DNA of 64,000 nt from Centroscyllium fabricii (GCA_051313645.2 JBNRSN020000011.1:137516001-137580000); one strand, 5' to 3'; shown: positions 51,230 to 62,965, counted from the first letter of the stretch. Numbers and translations are program-made. Notes: generated by a model from the letters alone, not told the origin.

Positions 51230-53220
51230 CTAAGGGTGCTTAAGTTTTCTTTTGCGAGTGCTCCTACGTGTTGGTGGCCCTGTGGTGTCAGCAGATATGG
51301 AGGCCCACTGCTGAGTGCCCTGCTGCTCCTGTCTGGACACCTTTGGCGGTCATCCTCTGGGGCAGCGAGCCTGTGGGGGCTCGCTACCAGTCTGCTGCTC
51401 CTGCGGCTGGGCAGGGTATGAGACTTCCATCTCAGGTGCATGGGGACTCCGGCGGGCCTCTGACCGAGGGCTCTGCAGTGGTGTGGACGTGGGAGCGCTT
51501 GGAGAGGAGCCCCCATTTCCTTCAGCTGCACCACCAACCTCCCTCTCATGGGGCACCTCCCCCTCAGCGCCAGCAAGTGGCTGGACATCACTTTGCTGCA
51601 CTTCAGGGGGGCCATGGGGACCCGTTTCTGCAGTGGAAGTCCTACTGCGAGGGAATTCCATGAAGGTCTGGTTCCTCTGCTCAATAGATGCCACTCGCTG
51701 CTCAAGAGATGTGAATCTATTGTGGACAGTGCCCATGTCTTCGAAAGACTGGTGACTTATGTGCTCGATGGCCATGGCCATCCTCTCATCCATGGTCGCT
51801 ATCCTTTCAATGGTGGTTGCCATCCTTTCCATGGTGATGCGATCATGCGCCACTGACTCCGTAAAGGAGCTTCTCATGCTTGCGACAGACTCCTCCATTC
51901 GCATGACACTCGCAGCTACCTGGGAGACAAAACCTGTCAGAGATGCCTGCATCTGTGTCTGGAGTCCCATCATGTGTCCTCTGCCTGATAGATCCAAAGG
52001 TGCTGGGTTGACATGCTGCTTAGCTAAGCTGGCAGAGTCCTGCGCCCTCCGACTAGGACTCTGCAATGCTGTCCCTGTCTCCACAATCTGCTGAGGCTCA
52101 CTTGTGTTGTGTGAATCACCCGGTGACAAGTCAGATGTAGCTCTAGGGGGGCCCACCATGGTGCTAGTATCTGTGCTGGTGCCGGGTGGAGTCTGTGGTG
52201 CTGACGGTGCACCCTCAGAGGTGGCAGGTTCCTCTGAGGACTGAACAGGGGCGGCCTCGTCCTCAGCTCTGCTTGGCCGTCCAGCTGCGGATGTGCCTGT
52301 GGGGCAGTAAAGGAAGAGGTTAGAAATATGTCAGCAAGGTTACATACAGATAGCATTCAGGAGCTGAGCAGAGCTGCCTCTGCAGTGCTTTTACATTCAT
52401 TGTGCCAGTCTCATGTGTTAGTTCTTAGAGAAAAGATGAAACCATGCTGTTACCAGCTTGAGATTGCATGCCTGCCTCGCTGTCACCCACTCCCGGGGCT
52501 TGCCCCTCCCCAACGAGGTCTAGAACAGCCTCCTCCCAGGTGGTGAGCTGCTGGATGGTGGGGGGTCCTCCTCCGGTCCTGGCGCTGTGCTGCTTGTTGG
52601 CGGCTGTCTTTTCCTGCAATGAGGGAGAGAAGTGGAGGTTGAGTGAGAAGGAAGGAGTTGGTGCAGCGAGTGACCAGCAAAGTTTGTTGGAGGGTGACAA
52701 AGATGCAGTGAGCCTGCAAGACCAAAGGCTCTCCCTGTGTGGTGCCAGATGTGCAGCAAGCATGAGAGTGAGAGCGAGTGTGAGGGCTGAATGGAGGGAA
52801 AGGACCGTGAGTGTGAGCATAGATAGAGAGGGAATGGGTAAGGTTGCTTGAATGTGATGGACAAGTGGGATGTGCAGGAAGGAAGTGGTGAAGATAAGTT
52901 GTGGTGAGGAGAGATGAGGGGGATGAGATTGAGGGTGTGGGGAAATGAATATTTACTTTCGCAGTGCGATGAAGGTCATGCAATCTCTTGCGACACTGGA
53001 GCCAGGACCGGGGTTTTGTGCCCAAGGAGCTGACCCCCTCAGCCACCTGCTGCCATGCAGCCGTGGTCTGTGAGGGAGGTCTCTTCCTCCCTGAGGAGGG
53101 GAAGAGAACCTCCCTATGGGTCGTTGCCCCCTTGAGTAATGCGTCGAGGGAGGCGTCATTTAATTTGGGGGCGGGTTGTCCACTTGCGCTGCCCAATGCA
53201 GCACCCTCATGCTCTGCCAT
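51230..53220 (-). pseudogene. Three-exon Myb/SANT-like DNA-binding protein gene (Harbinger ORF1 type) with a premature stop
   Basis: Exons 53220-52957 (phase 0, AAA|GTAAAT), 52613-52454 (ttgcag|GAA, G|GTAACA, phase 1) and 52296-51230 (ccacag|GC) splice in frame. N-terminus has LDALL...VLF...AWQQVAEGV...RSWLQCRKRLHDL, then TGGGP. TGA at 51352-51350 lies within PRG*PPK, and the frame continues to RRSTRKRKLKHP-TAG. Confidence 0.8.
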
Positions 53221-53269
53221 CCTGCTGAAGGTTGCAGAATGCTGAGCAGTGCGGGAGGCGAGCTGTGTT

Positions 53270-53300
53270 CATTAAAAGAAACCCGAATTCTGACGTCATA
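53270..53300 (-). promoter_or_regulatory. Candidate promoter of the Myb-like gene
   Basis: Full CRE TGACGTCA at 53291-53298 and a TTTTAA TATA-like box ~55 nt upstream of the ATG. Confidence 0.35.
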
Positions 53301-53671
53301 CTGTGCGACTTTCTGACTGGAAATCGGTGATTGAGAAGGCTTCCCACAGGCGGGTAATTAATTGGGTACTTGGACTAAAATCTCGTGGGAAACGCAGGCA
53401 CTTTATCGGGCGGGCCAAAAACCCACCCCGACCAATCCCCGCCAGTTCCCCGCCATTCTGGGAAAATTCCGGCCTCCATTTCCAGCAGTGGCCCACGGTA
53501 GTGCTGTGGGGCTGAGATAAACAGCCCTGCTCCACATTAAAGAAAGTTTCAAAAAAGACTTAATTTTGGTGGTGGCTTCCAGTCGTCCCTTTAAAAAGCT
53601 GGAAAACCTAAGCGGAGGATGCCCAGTGCTGACCAATTAGCCAGGGAGCTTGTTAAACAGGCGTTAAAAAG

Positions 53672-54503
53672 GGATTGACCTATGAGGAGAGATTGAGTAG
53701 ACTAGGCCTATATTCTCTAGAGTTTAGAAGAATGAGAGGTGATCTCATTGAAACATATACAATTCTTACAGGGCTTGACAGGGTAAATGCAGGGAGGATG
53801 GGGAGTCTAGAACCAGGGGTCGCAGTCTCAGAATAAGGGGTCAGCCATTTATGACTGAGATGAGAAATTTCTTCACTCAGGGTGGTGAATCTTTGGAATT
53901 CTCTACCCCAGAGGGCTGCGGAGGCTCAGTCGTTGAGTATATTCAAGACAGAGAGCGATAGAGTTTTAACTATTAAGGGAATCAAGGGATATGGGGATAG
54001 TGCACATAGAAACATAGAAGATAGGAGCAGGAGTAGGCCATTCGGCCCTTCGAGCCTGCTCCGCCATTCAATGAGATCATGGCTGATCATCCAAACTCAG
54101 TACCCCGCCCCTGCCCTCTCCCCATATCCCTCTCGAGCCTGCACTGACACATATCCCACCCTATCCCCGTAACCCCACATATTCAATCCCCCTAACACTA
54201 AGGGTCAATTTATCCTGGCCAATCAACCTAACCCGCACATCTTTGGACTGTGGGAGGAAACCGGAGCACCCAGAGGAAACCCATGCAGACACGGGGAGAA
54301 TGTGCAAACTCCACACAGATAGTACCCGAGGTTGGATTTGAACCCGGGTCTCCAGTGCTGTGAGGCAACAGCGCTAACCACTATGCCACCGTGCCGCACG
54401 AAAGTGGAGATGAGTTAGAAGATCAGCCATGATCTTATTGAATGGCGGAGCAGGCTCAAAGGGCCAAATGGTCTACTCCTGCTCCTATTTCTTATGTTCT
54501 CAT
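53672..54503 (+). mobile_element. CR1 3' fragment interrupted by a V-SINE
   Basis: LTYEERLSRLGLYSLEFRRMRGDLIETY...VNLWNSLPQ; the tail resumes at 54398. Confidence 0.9.
54005..54397 (-). mobile_element. V-SINE, full length
   Basis: Same family; GCAC at both ends. Confidence 0.9.
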
Positions 54504-55613
54504 ATTAGGCCCCTTATTAACATATGCTTCAGTTTCAGATGGTGGCTTGAAAGCCACCATTACCAAAATGGCAGTCCCCTAATGCAGGTGCAGATTGGGC
54601 ATGGGATGTTGTTCCCTGAAATTGGTTCTTCCCCCCGCCCCATTTTATGCCCAGAAAATAGGTGCAAAGAGGGCCGATTTCTTTGCCACTGAGTCTAGTG
54701 CAGTTCCTTACTTACCTGCTGCTCCATCCAACCTGCTGGTGAAAACTTCAGTCAGACATTTTAAATGCTGCATTCTAATTTCCATACTCATTACTCACAT
54801 TTTACATGAGTTTTGGGCAAGTCATAATTCCAATGGGAATGAAAATGGGATTAAACATGAAATTCTGGTGGAAATACCTCTCCAGCCCACCAGATAAATA
54901 AGTGTAAAATCTACCACTGTTCTGGCTCTATGGGGCAAGAATGAAGTCTTTAATGAAGCGTGTTTTAGACAGGTTAATTGATACTAAATAGTGTCTTCTA
55001 ACCTATGAAACTCAGCACAGCTGGTAAATATGTAACTGAAAAAACAGTCACTTTGAAGCTGCTTTTTGATTTTATCAATGACAATACAATTGTTTAATAG
55101 TTTGGTTGTTCCCATGCCCATCAGCGGGCTCAGAAAAAATGTCAAAGCTACCGACCGCTTTGTGACCCCATCAAAGTTGAATTTTACCCTTGCTGTGTAT
55201 TTCTAGCATTTTCTGCTTTCATTCAGATTTTCAGCATTTGCAGTAACTTTCCTCTCAAACATTTAATTTCATTCCCTGTCCATGATGGTGTATTGATATT
55301 TTACTCTTAATGCATTTCTGCTGTTGAGTTATGTTACCTCATTTTATCGTCACAGCCTGTTTCATGATCATATGTAACCCGTATGCAAAGAACAGCAACG
55401 TTTTCCCGCAAACATTGGTTTCAACATGTAACCCCTTCACGGTTCTTTAGATATGTGTGAGATGTGGTCTCTGTTATATGCAGTATTCTATAGTCCAGTA
55501 AGGAGGTCACTACTACAATGGCTTAATTCTAATGATCTTACTTTATAGTTTTAACATCAAACAGTATAAGAAGATTTCAGGTCAATGAACTAAATTAGAC
55601 ATTTGTACACATT

Positions 55614-56510
55614 GGGCCCTGTTTTCCTGTGCTCCAGAAGAGCTGCACCCCCACGAAGGGGGGTCAGAAATGCCTCATGGGGGTGCAGCTCGGTTGATTA
55701 CCAGAAACGTGAATTTCCTGTGCTGATGGGCAAGGGGCTTCAGCTTCCTACCCAGGAAGACTTTGAGCTGCAGATTTCCTGTGGCAGCTGCTCAAAATGC
55801 GGGTGTATCACGTGGGCAAGTCTCTCTTTTGCTGCACATTTAAAAAGGAGTCTTAGAGGGCTGCAGGCAGGTTTGAGAAGTGAAAAAAACACGTTTAAAG
55901 TAAAAAATTTTTTTATTCCTTTGGAGATATTTGTCTGTGGTCTTTCAGCTTGTAAATGTGTAGGGTTTTATATTTTTTGGTGAAAGTGGAAAAAAACGGG
56001 GATTTGAACGCGATGTCAGCAGCTCTGATGGCCATCACAGCTGCTGACATCGCGTTCAAATCCCCGTTTTTTTTCACTTTCACCAAAAAATATAAAACCC
56101 TACACATTTACAAGCTGAAAGACCACAGCCAAATATCTCCAAAGGAATCAATTTTTAAAAAACTTTAAACGTGTTTTTTTCACTGGAGCAAAAAAAAACC
56201 CTAACATCAGAAAAGGCAGAAACTTAAAAAAACCAGCTTCCTAGAAACTGAAAAAAACCAAAAAAAAGGTGCTTCCCTACCCGATCTTCTTCATCCCGCA
56301 GGCCGATTCTGTGCTTTGTGCGGGGGGAAAGCCGACCTCAGTGGGCGTGGCTTGCACCCCGCACCAAAAAAAAGACGTCCCCTCCGCTGGAAAAAAACCC
56401 GGCATTTCCCACAGGAAATTACCGTCAGAAAAAAAAAAGTACGTGCGCGTGCGCCGCGGGTGCTCGGGAGCGTGCACCAGCGGCAAACGGGCCACAGGAA
56501 AACATGGCCC
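55614..56510. mobile_element. Harbinger-like MITE with a central palindrome
   Basis: TIRs GGGCCCTGTTTTCCTGTG / CACAGGAAAACATGGCCC (17 of 18 complementary); flanks ATT and AAT. Confidence 0.8.
55879..56184. repeat. ~306 bp near-perfect palindrome with no loop
   Basis: Centre TGATGG|CCATCA at 56031/56032. The inner ~115 bp of the arms differ at only a few positions. Confidence 0.95.
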
Positions 56511-57167
56511 AATGGATTGAATCTAAACATAATAAACATACATTCCCCATTTAAATGGATTCAAAGGAGAATCTGTCCATGTGTCGAAATTTGAGTGCAC
56601 TCTAGAATTTGTTCAATTAATACAACCTGTATCAGGCCTCTTTCATTGGCGCACTTAAGTTGGAGCTTATGGTATGTATAATGTCTGCAAGACTTACAAA
56701 TCCGAACCTCTTCGTTGAATTCTCTTCAATGTTCACTGGATTCCACTTTGAGTTCTGGATGCAGAGCACACAGCAGCAGCTGGAGTTGGTGACTCTCTCT
56801 CTCTCTCGCTCTCACACAACGATCCCCCGGTACTGGTGACTTGCAGCTGACCAGTTCAGGATGCAGTGCTACTAATAAAAAGGGCGGCGGCTGAGTTTGG
56901 AAGCCCGGGAAAGGATGCGGCAGCCATTTGCCTCCTGAGCCCTCTTCAGAGCTCCTGCCTGTCTGTCTGTGTCTCCAGCTCTCTCTTCCAGTCTGTCTCT
57001 CCAGCTCTCTCTCTCTCTTCCAGTCTGTGTCTCCAGCTCTGGCCGTTGTCTCTCCGCCCCCAAAATGTAACCCCGAGGGTCACATGGGGCCTGTTTTTCC
57101 TGCCAAAACAGGTCAGCTGTCCTAGGGTTGCTGCTGGAGACTGCACAGCCTCACATTGTGCAACATT

Positions 57168-57931
57168 GGCCCAGAAATTCCCGTTTTTGCATATCGGGTT
57201 TAAGCTCTGGTGCGAGCGCACCAGAGCTTAAACCCGCAGGAAGGAGCCGGTGCGCACGCTCCAGGACTTCCTGTGCTGCCCAGCGGGGGTGGGGGGGGGT
57301 TGTCAGTGCTCCCTGCAAGGTCCATCGCAGGGAGCATCGCACTACAGGACCGCCCAGCCATCACGATGTTTAAAAAAAAAAATTCAGCGGACCAAGAGAA
57401 GAGAAATCAACGCTGGAAAAAAGCAGTCGTTAACACCCGTTTTCATCTGGTAAGTGTATATTTTATTGATTTTAATTGTTGATTTTTCAGGTTTTTAATT
57501 GTTGATAACTTTAAAGCCAGGTAAGTATTTTTTTAGACCTGTTTGAAGTTAAAAACATTTCTACAAATTTTTATTTTTTCTTTAAAATAGGTTATTTTTG
57601 TTAGTTGGGGTAATATTTAAAAAATGTGGTGTTTGTAAAATTTTATTTTTGTGTTTAGGTGTCTTTTGAGAATATCTCCATTCAAAACTCGCACAGATTT
57701 CTCTGTGGAAGTTTTGAACGGAGAATTCCTTCCACTGATTGGCTCCCTGCCAATCAGCTGGTCTCAAAAGCCACTTCGCAGTAATTACGCCCTTCAGAAC
57801 TCGCACGGAGCACTGACAGACAGGGCTAATGGGAATTTCTCTGTGCAAAAAATCAAAAGTGAATATGGGCAATTAAAGTGCGTTAAGCAGCTCTGCACCC
57901 GCATGAAAGGCTCCACTGCAATTTCTGGGCC
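57168..57931. mobile_element. Harbinger-like MITE, intact ends
   Basis: TIRs GGCCCAGAAATT / AATTTCTGGGCC with a 3 bp duplication ATT (57165-57167 and 57932-57934). 3 bp TSDs are typical of PIF/Harbinger. Confidence 0.85.
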
Positions 57932-58137
57932 ATTGTGTTTTTAAAAGTTCGTGCTGTACCTGACATTGGCAACTTTAACCCAGGGAATTATAGCAATGAT
58001 AATACAGTGTCTAAGTTAAAGATTTGTAACATAACATAAATGTATTTATAACATAACATAAATATATTTCTAATATAACAAATAATATTTATAACATAAC
58101 ACTTCCAGTGGGTATTACAAACATATTTGTAATACGA

Positions 58138-58680
58138 TAGCAAAATACTGCGAATGCTAGAAATCCGAAATAACAACAGAAAACGCCTGAAAAACTCAGC
58201 AGACCAGGGCAGCATCCACGGAGAAAGAAACAGAGTTAACGTTTCAGGGCAATGACCTTTTGTCAGAACTGGAAAAAAGCAGGAAAAGGAATAGATTTTA
58301 AAGCAAGTTAGGAGCTGGGAAAAGGGGGAGGGGATGAAAGAACAAAAGGGAAGGTCTGTGATAAGATAGAAGGCAGGAGAGATAAGAGACATTGAGAGAC
58401 ATTACGATATATTCAAGGCAAGAGGAGGTGGTAGTGGGACAGGTTAAGGAACAAAGGATGGCTCTCGAAGTGTGAATTGCGCTGGCAGAATGAAGGACAG
58501 CTGTCATGTGGGAAGGAAGAAAAAAGGCCAAACAAAAGTGTGGATAAAAAAATAAAAGGTGTATGTGATAGGAGCCGAGGTTATGATCTGAAATTGTTGA
58601 ACTCTATGTTGAGTCCAGAGGGCTGCTGAGTGCCTAATTGAAAGATGATGTGCTGTTCCTCGAGCTTACGCTGAACATTT
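58138..58680 (-). mobile_element. Penelope-like retroelement 3' end (GIY-YIG C-terminus, 3' UTR, pseudo-LTR)
   Basis: QRKLEEQHIIFQLGTQQPSGLNIEFNNFRS* ends at 58581, followed by a pyrimidine-rich UTR and a hammerhead-like motif. Confidence 0.85.
58234..58270 (-). ncRNA. Degenerate minimal hammerhead in the PLE pseudo-LTR
   Basis: AGTT-CTGACAA-A-AGG-TCATTGC-CCT-GAAA-CG-TT-AACT. Core G8 is changed to A; palindromic AACGTT. Confidence 0.55.
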
Positions 58681-58959
58681 GCTATATTTGCTATATTTTG
58701 TAACACGTTTAAAAGTTGAATTGTTGGTATTAATACAAGTCCTTCTGGGTACATTGGGGTTCCTACACTGACACCTGAGCTAATTAGCACCAAAGGCGCA
58801 AACACAACACAGGAGAGTTGGGCAACATTTACAAGTTTGAGCTCATTATATGCATGGTTAACAAGTTAACAAGTACTCCAGCATTATTGCAGTTGCATTC
58901 TAATTGACTTCTCAGCTGTGCATTAGTTGTACTGCATCCAAATGCACAGAAAGCAGACT

Positions 58960-59720
58960 GAGTATCATTAAAACATATAAGATTCTGAGGGAGATTGACT
59001 GGGTAGATGCTGAGAGGTTGTTTCCCCTGGCTGGAGAGTCTAGAACTAGGAGACAGAGGGCTCGATTTTCCAAGCCCCGAGGAGGCGGGTTTGGAGGCGG
59101 GAGTGGTGGGAAAATTGCAGAATCGGGTGGCAGGCACCCATCCTGCCCCCAACCCACCTCCATGCCAATGTCCCAGGAAGCAGGTACCCGACATGTGCTG
59201 GGAGCTGCCTCCCCGAGGCGGGAAGGGGATTAGTGCCAATTAACTGCCTGTTAACAGGTTGTTAACAGGCAGTTTTCTGCCTAATCCCTATTTTTAGCCC
59301 TGAAGTGTGGGCTGTCCGATGGCTCCAAACCACACCAAGTTAGCGAGGTGGACCGTCGGTCAGCAGGGGTTGGAGGGGTAGAGATGTCCATTGTGCAGGC
59401 GAGTGATGAGTGCATGTGTGCAGAGGTAAGTGTGTGAGGTAAGTGTAAAGTGTTTTAATAAGTTTTACTTACCTTTACTTTCTCCTGCAGGCTTCCTTCC
59501 TTCAGTTCTCGGGAGTCTCTCAGCTCACCGGCACAGAAAGCAGAATGGTTGCTGAACTGTCAAAAGCTGCAGCCTCTGCTTTCTGGTCTGGAGAGCTCTC
59601 TAACTGAGTCTAAGTAGAAGGACTCAAGTTAGAAGACAGATGTTCAGTGTTTGACAGCTTCACAGAGCTGTCAAATGCTGATTTTTCATCTGTCAAAAGC
59701 TCTTGATAGATGAAATGTCA
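58960..59720. mobile_element. Short CR1 fragment (58960-59055) followed by a degenerate MITE-like element
   Basis: IKTYKILREIDWVDAERLFPLAGESRTR, then a GGGCTCGATTTTCC terminus. Confidence 0.55.
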
Positions 59721-59721
59721 A

Positions 59722-60570
59722 TCATAGAAACATAGAAACATAGAAGATAGGAGCAGGAATAGGCCATTCGGCCCCTCAAGCCTATTCCGCCATTCAATGC
59801 GATCATGGCTGATCCTCCAAATTCAGTACCCTGCTCCTGCCTTCTCTCCATATCCCTTGATCCCTTTAGCCTTAAGAAATATATCCAACTCCTTCTTGAA
59901 TATATTTAATGAATTGGCCTCTACTGTCTTCTGTGGTAGAGAATTACACAGGTTCACCACTCTCTGGGTGAAGAAATTCCTCCTCATTTCTGTCCTAAAT
60001 GGCTTACCCCTTATCCTTAGACTGTGACCCCTGGTTCTGGACTCCCCCGCCATCGGGAACATTCTTCCAGCATCTAATCTGTCCAGTCCTGTTAGAATTT
60101 TATAAGTTTCAATGAGATCCCCTCTCAGTCTTCTAAACTCCAGCGAGTATAAGCCCAGTCAACCCAATCTCTCCTCATATGTCATTCCTGCCATCCCAGG
60201 TATCAGCCTGGTGAATCTTCGCTGAACTCCTCCCATTGCAAGAACATCCTTCCTCAGATAAGGTGACCAAAACTGCACACAATACTCAAGATGTGGTCTC
60301 ACCAAGGCCCTGTACAACTGCAGCAAGATATCCTTGTTCCTGTACTCAAACCCTCTCGCTACAAAGGCCAGCATACCATTTGCCTCCTTAACCGCCTGCT
60401 GCACCTGCATGCTTACCTTCAGCAACTGGTGCACAAGGACACCCAGGTCTCGTTGCACTTCATCTTCTCTCAATCTATTGCCATTCAGATAATAATCTGC
60501 CTTCCTGTTTTTGTCACCAAAGTGAATAACCTCACATTTATCCACGCTATATTGCATCTGCCATGCTTCT
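59722..60570 (-). mobile_element. CR1 3' fragment
   Basis: ORFs 60159-60656 (QRDLGVLV...[15 protein letters not shown]) and 59823-60062; (CTATGTTT)n tail. Confidence 0.92.
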
Positions 60571-61269
60571 GCCCTACAGAAGCAGCCTGACGGCATAAAT
60601 AATAAATAATCGGCCTTCCATTCCAATGACCTGCCTGCCAGTGAGAACTTTGGCAATCTACTAGTTCTGCACCTGACACAGTTTAATGGGGAAACATAGT
60701 TGGCTTGTCATACTGTAGAAATGCTTGGGGCTTAATTTTCCCTCAACACAAATAAGGAAGACAAATGGCTCCTCTTTCAGTAAGGCCACTTTGCAACTAG
60801 GTTTACCACTTTGGTGGGCCCCACTTCCACCAAATAACAGTCTTGTATGCTTGCTTCATGCAGGCGTACAGTATGTTGCCAGTGCCATAGGCAGGACTGG
60901 CAGGAATTTCAGTGAGTGACGCCATCCTGCCAGCCCTGCTTACTTCCATGATGTCAGTTTCCAAAGAACCATCTACTCTCAGTCACCAGGAAACCACGTT
61001 ACATGACAAACTGAGTGGAGACCCAGTGTCACCAGGTTCTGTCAGAATTTATGCCTCTGTTAGCCCCCACCCATGCAATAATGCCTCCAGTAGGTCTGAC
61101 GCCCTGAGGAAATACAGAGCCTAACAGAAGTTTTGACGATCTGTACCTCCATGCTACTTTCCATTGATTACTGAATTGTTCAGGTCACAATGCATCAGCT
61201 TGTGTAACTGAAACAATATGCAGAAAGAGTGTTAGAAATAGCCCATCCTAATACAGGTACACAATCCCT

Positions 61270-61937
61270 TTGTAGCAAGAGGGTTCGACTACAGGAACAA
61301 GGATGTCTTGCTGCAGCTGTACAGGGCCTTGGTGAGACCACACCTTGAGTATTGTGTGCAGTTTTGGTCGCCTTATCTGAGGAAGGATGTTCTTGCAATG
61401 GAAGGAGTGCAGCGAATATTCACCAGGTTAATACCTGGGATGGCAGAAATGATGTATGAAACCCTTGATTTCTTTGACTGCCACCTGGGTGAAACGGCGG
61501 TGGTGGTGGAGTTCAGACGATTGAGGGGATCTAACCGAAACGTATAACATTTTGTCAGGCCTGGACAGACTAGATGCAGGAAGGATGTTCCCGATGGTGG
61601 GGGGAGTCCAGAACCAGGGGGCACAGTCTAAGGATAAGGGGTAAGCCATTTAGGACTGAGATGAAGAGGAATTTCTTCACCCAGAGAGTGGCGAACCTGT
61701 GGAATTCTCTGCCACAGAGGGCAGTGGAGGCCAGTGGAGGCCAGTTCATTAAATATATTCAAGAAAGAGTTGGATATATTCCTTAAGGCTAAAGGGATTA
61801 AGGGATATGGGGAGAAGGCAGGGACAGGGTACTGAATTTGGATGATCAGGCATGCTCTCATTGAATGGCGGAACAGGCTCGAGGGGCCAAATGGCCTACT
61901 CCTGCTCCTATCTTCTATGTCTCTATGTTTCTATGAT
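61270..61937 (+). mobile_element. CR1 3' fragment
   Basis: ORFs 61308-61547 and 61574-61786; same subfamily as 59722-60570. Confidence 0.92.
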
Positions 61938-62719
61938 CTGCCTGCTCTGCGCTAACCCATTTACCATTATGGCGTCTGGCGCATTTCACATCAGACGTGT
62001 GCGTGCACACTGTGGATGTCATTTTGGAACCCCGTAGCACCAAAAAACGGGCACTACCGATCGCAATTTCATTTCCATAGTGCTTGATTGTTCTTGGAAA
62101 GGCAAACGTCTTAAAAAGCTCTTTCCAAGTTTAAATGCTTGGTCTTCTGCCAGGGCCACTTGTCACTTTACACTGTGGCGGGCATCACGTCTCCATCCCA
62201 CCAAGGGCAGGCAACCTGGTGATGGTAGAAACACTGCTGAGTGCCTTGCAAAATGACGTTAGTAGCAATGACCCTGGCAAATCAGCTGCGGTCAGGGGAG
62301 CAACTGCACAAAAGTTATGCCCAGAGGTAAATGTGTCCTGGAGGTAACGTATTGATTGAATTGTAAGAGATTGGTGGCACAATGGGTTAGAATATCTTGA
62401 GCCCAGATTAATCATGAAATTGCTACCTTTCCCAGCTGCAAGAATATAAAATGAGAAGATATTGGGGCAGTCCCAACCCAGATTATAATGAATGTGAACT
62501 ACAGTGCAAAAGTAATTTGTCACCAATTGCCATTAAATTGGTAGTTTCACTCAATGTAAAACACAACAATGAATTGAATGGGAAATGGAAATGTCACATC
62601 GGTGCAGAAAGGGTAGCTCTAATGCGAGTCATATTAAGGTACATTAGGTGAAGAATTGCTCTGCCTTGCTAAATATATTAATGTAATATATTATACTATT
62701 TGCTGAATACATCATGTGG

Positions 62720-62965
62720 TGAGGTGATGAAGTTAAGAGATTGGTAACATCCAAAGGGAACTGGACCAATTTAAGATGAATATATGGTGATTCTTAATGT
62801 CCTCTGAAATGGGCTAGCTGTGTATAAACCCCTGCTACAAAACAGAACCATCAGCACAATGACGACAGCGGTTCAAGATGAAGAAGGCCTATCTGTACCT
62901 TCAGGGCAACTAGAAGCGGGCAATAAATGTGGCCTTGCCAGCGTCACCCACATCCTGAGAACAAT
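62720..62965 (+). mobile_element. SINE-B 3' fragment
   Basis: CCTCTGAAATGG...CAGCGGTTCAAG...GGGCAATAAATGTGGCCTTGCCAGCGTCACCCACATCC. Confidence 0.7.

Larger units (their letters stand above)
50060..53474 (-). mobile_element. Truncated PIF/Harbinger-type DNA transposon (one terminus, Myb gene, no transposase seen)
   Basis: Terminus GGCCGGAATTTTCCC on the minus strand ends at ~53474 and resembles the MITE TIRs. Contains the Myb/SANT-like gene. The left boundary is uncertain. Confidence 0.6.

Noticed and set aside
50060-53474. Harbinger transposase ORF
   Set aside because: None of the expected motifs (GAIDGTH, PGSxHD, GDxxY, IERxFGxLKxRF) was found in the frames I read.
55913-56168. Two near-identical ORFs on opposite strands
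   Set aside because: A direct consequence of the palindrome; no evidence of coding.
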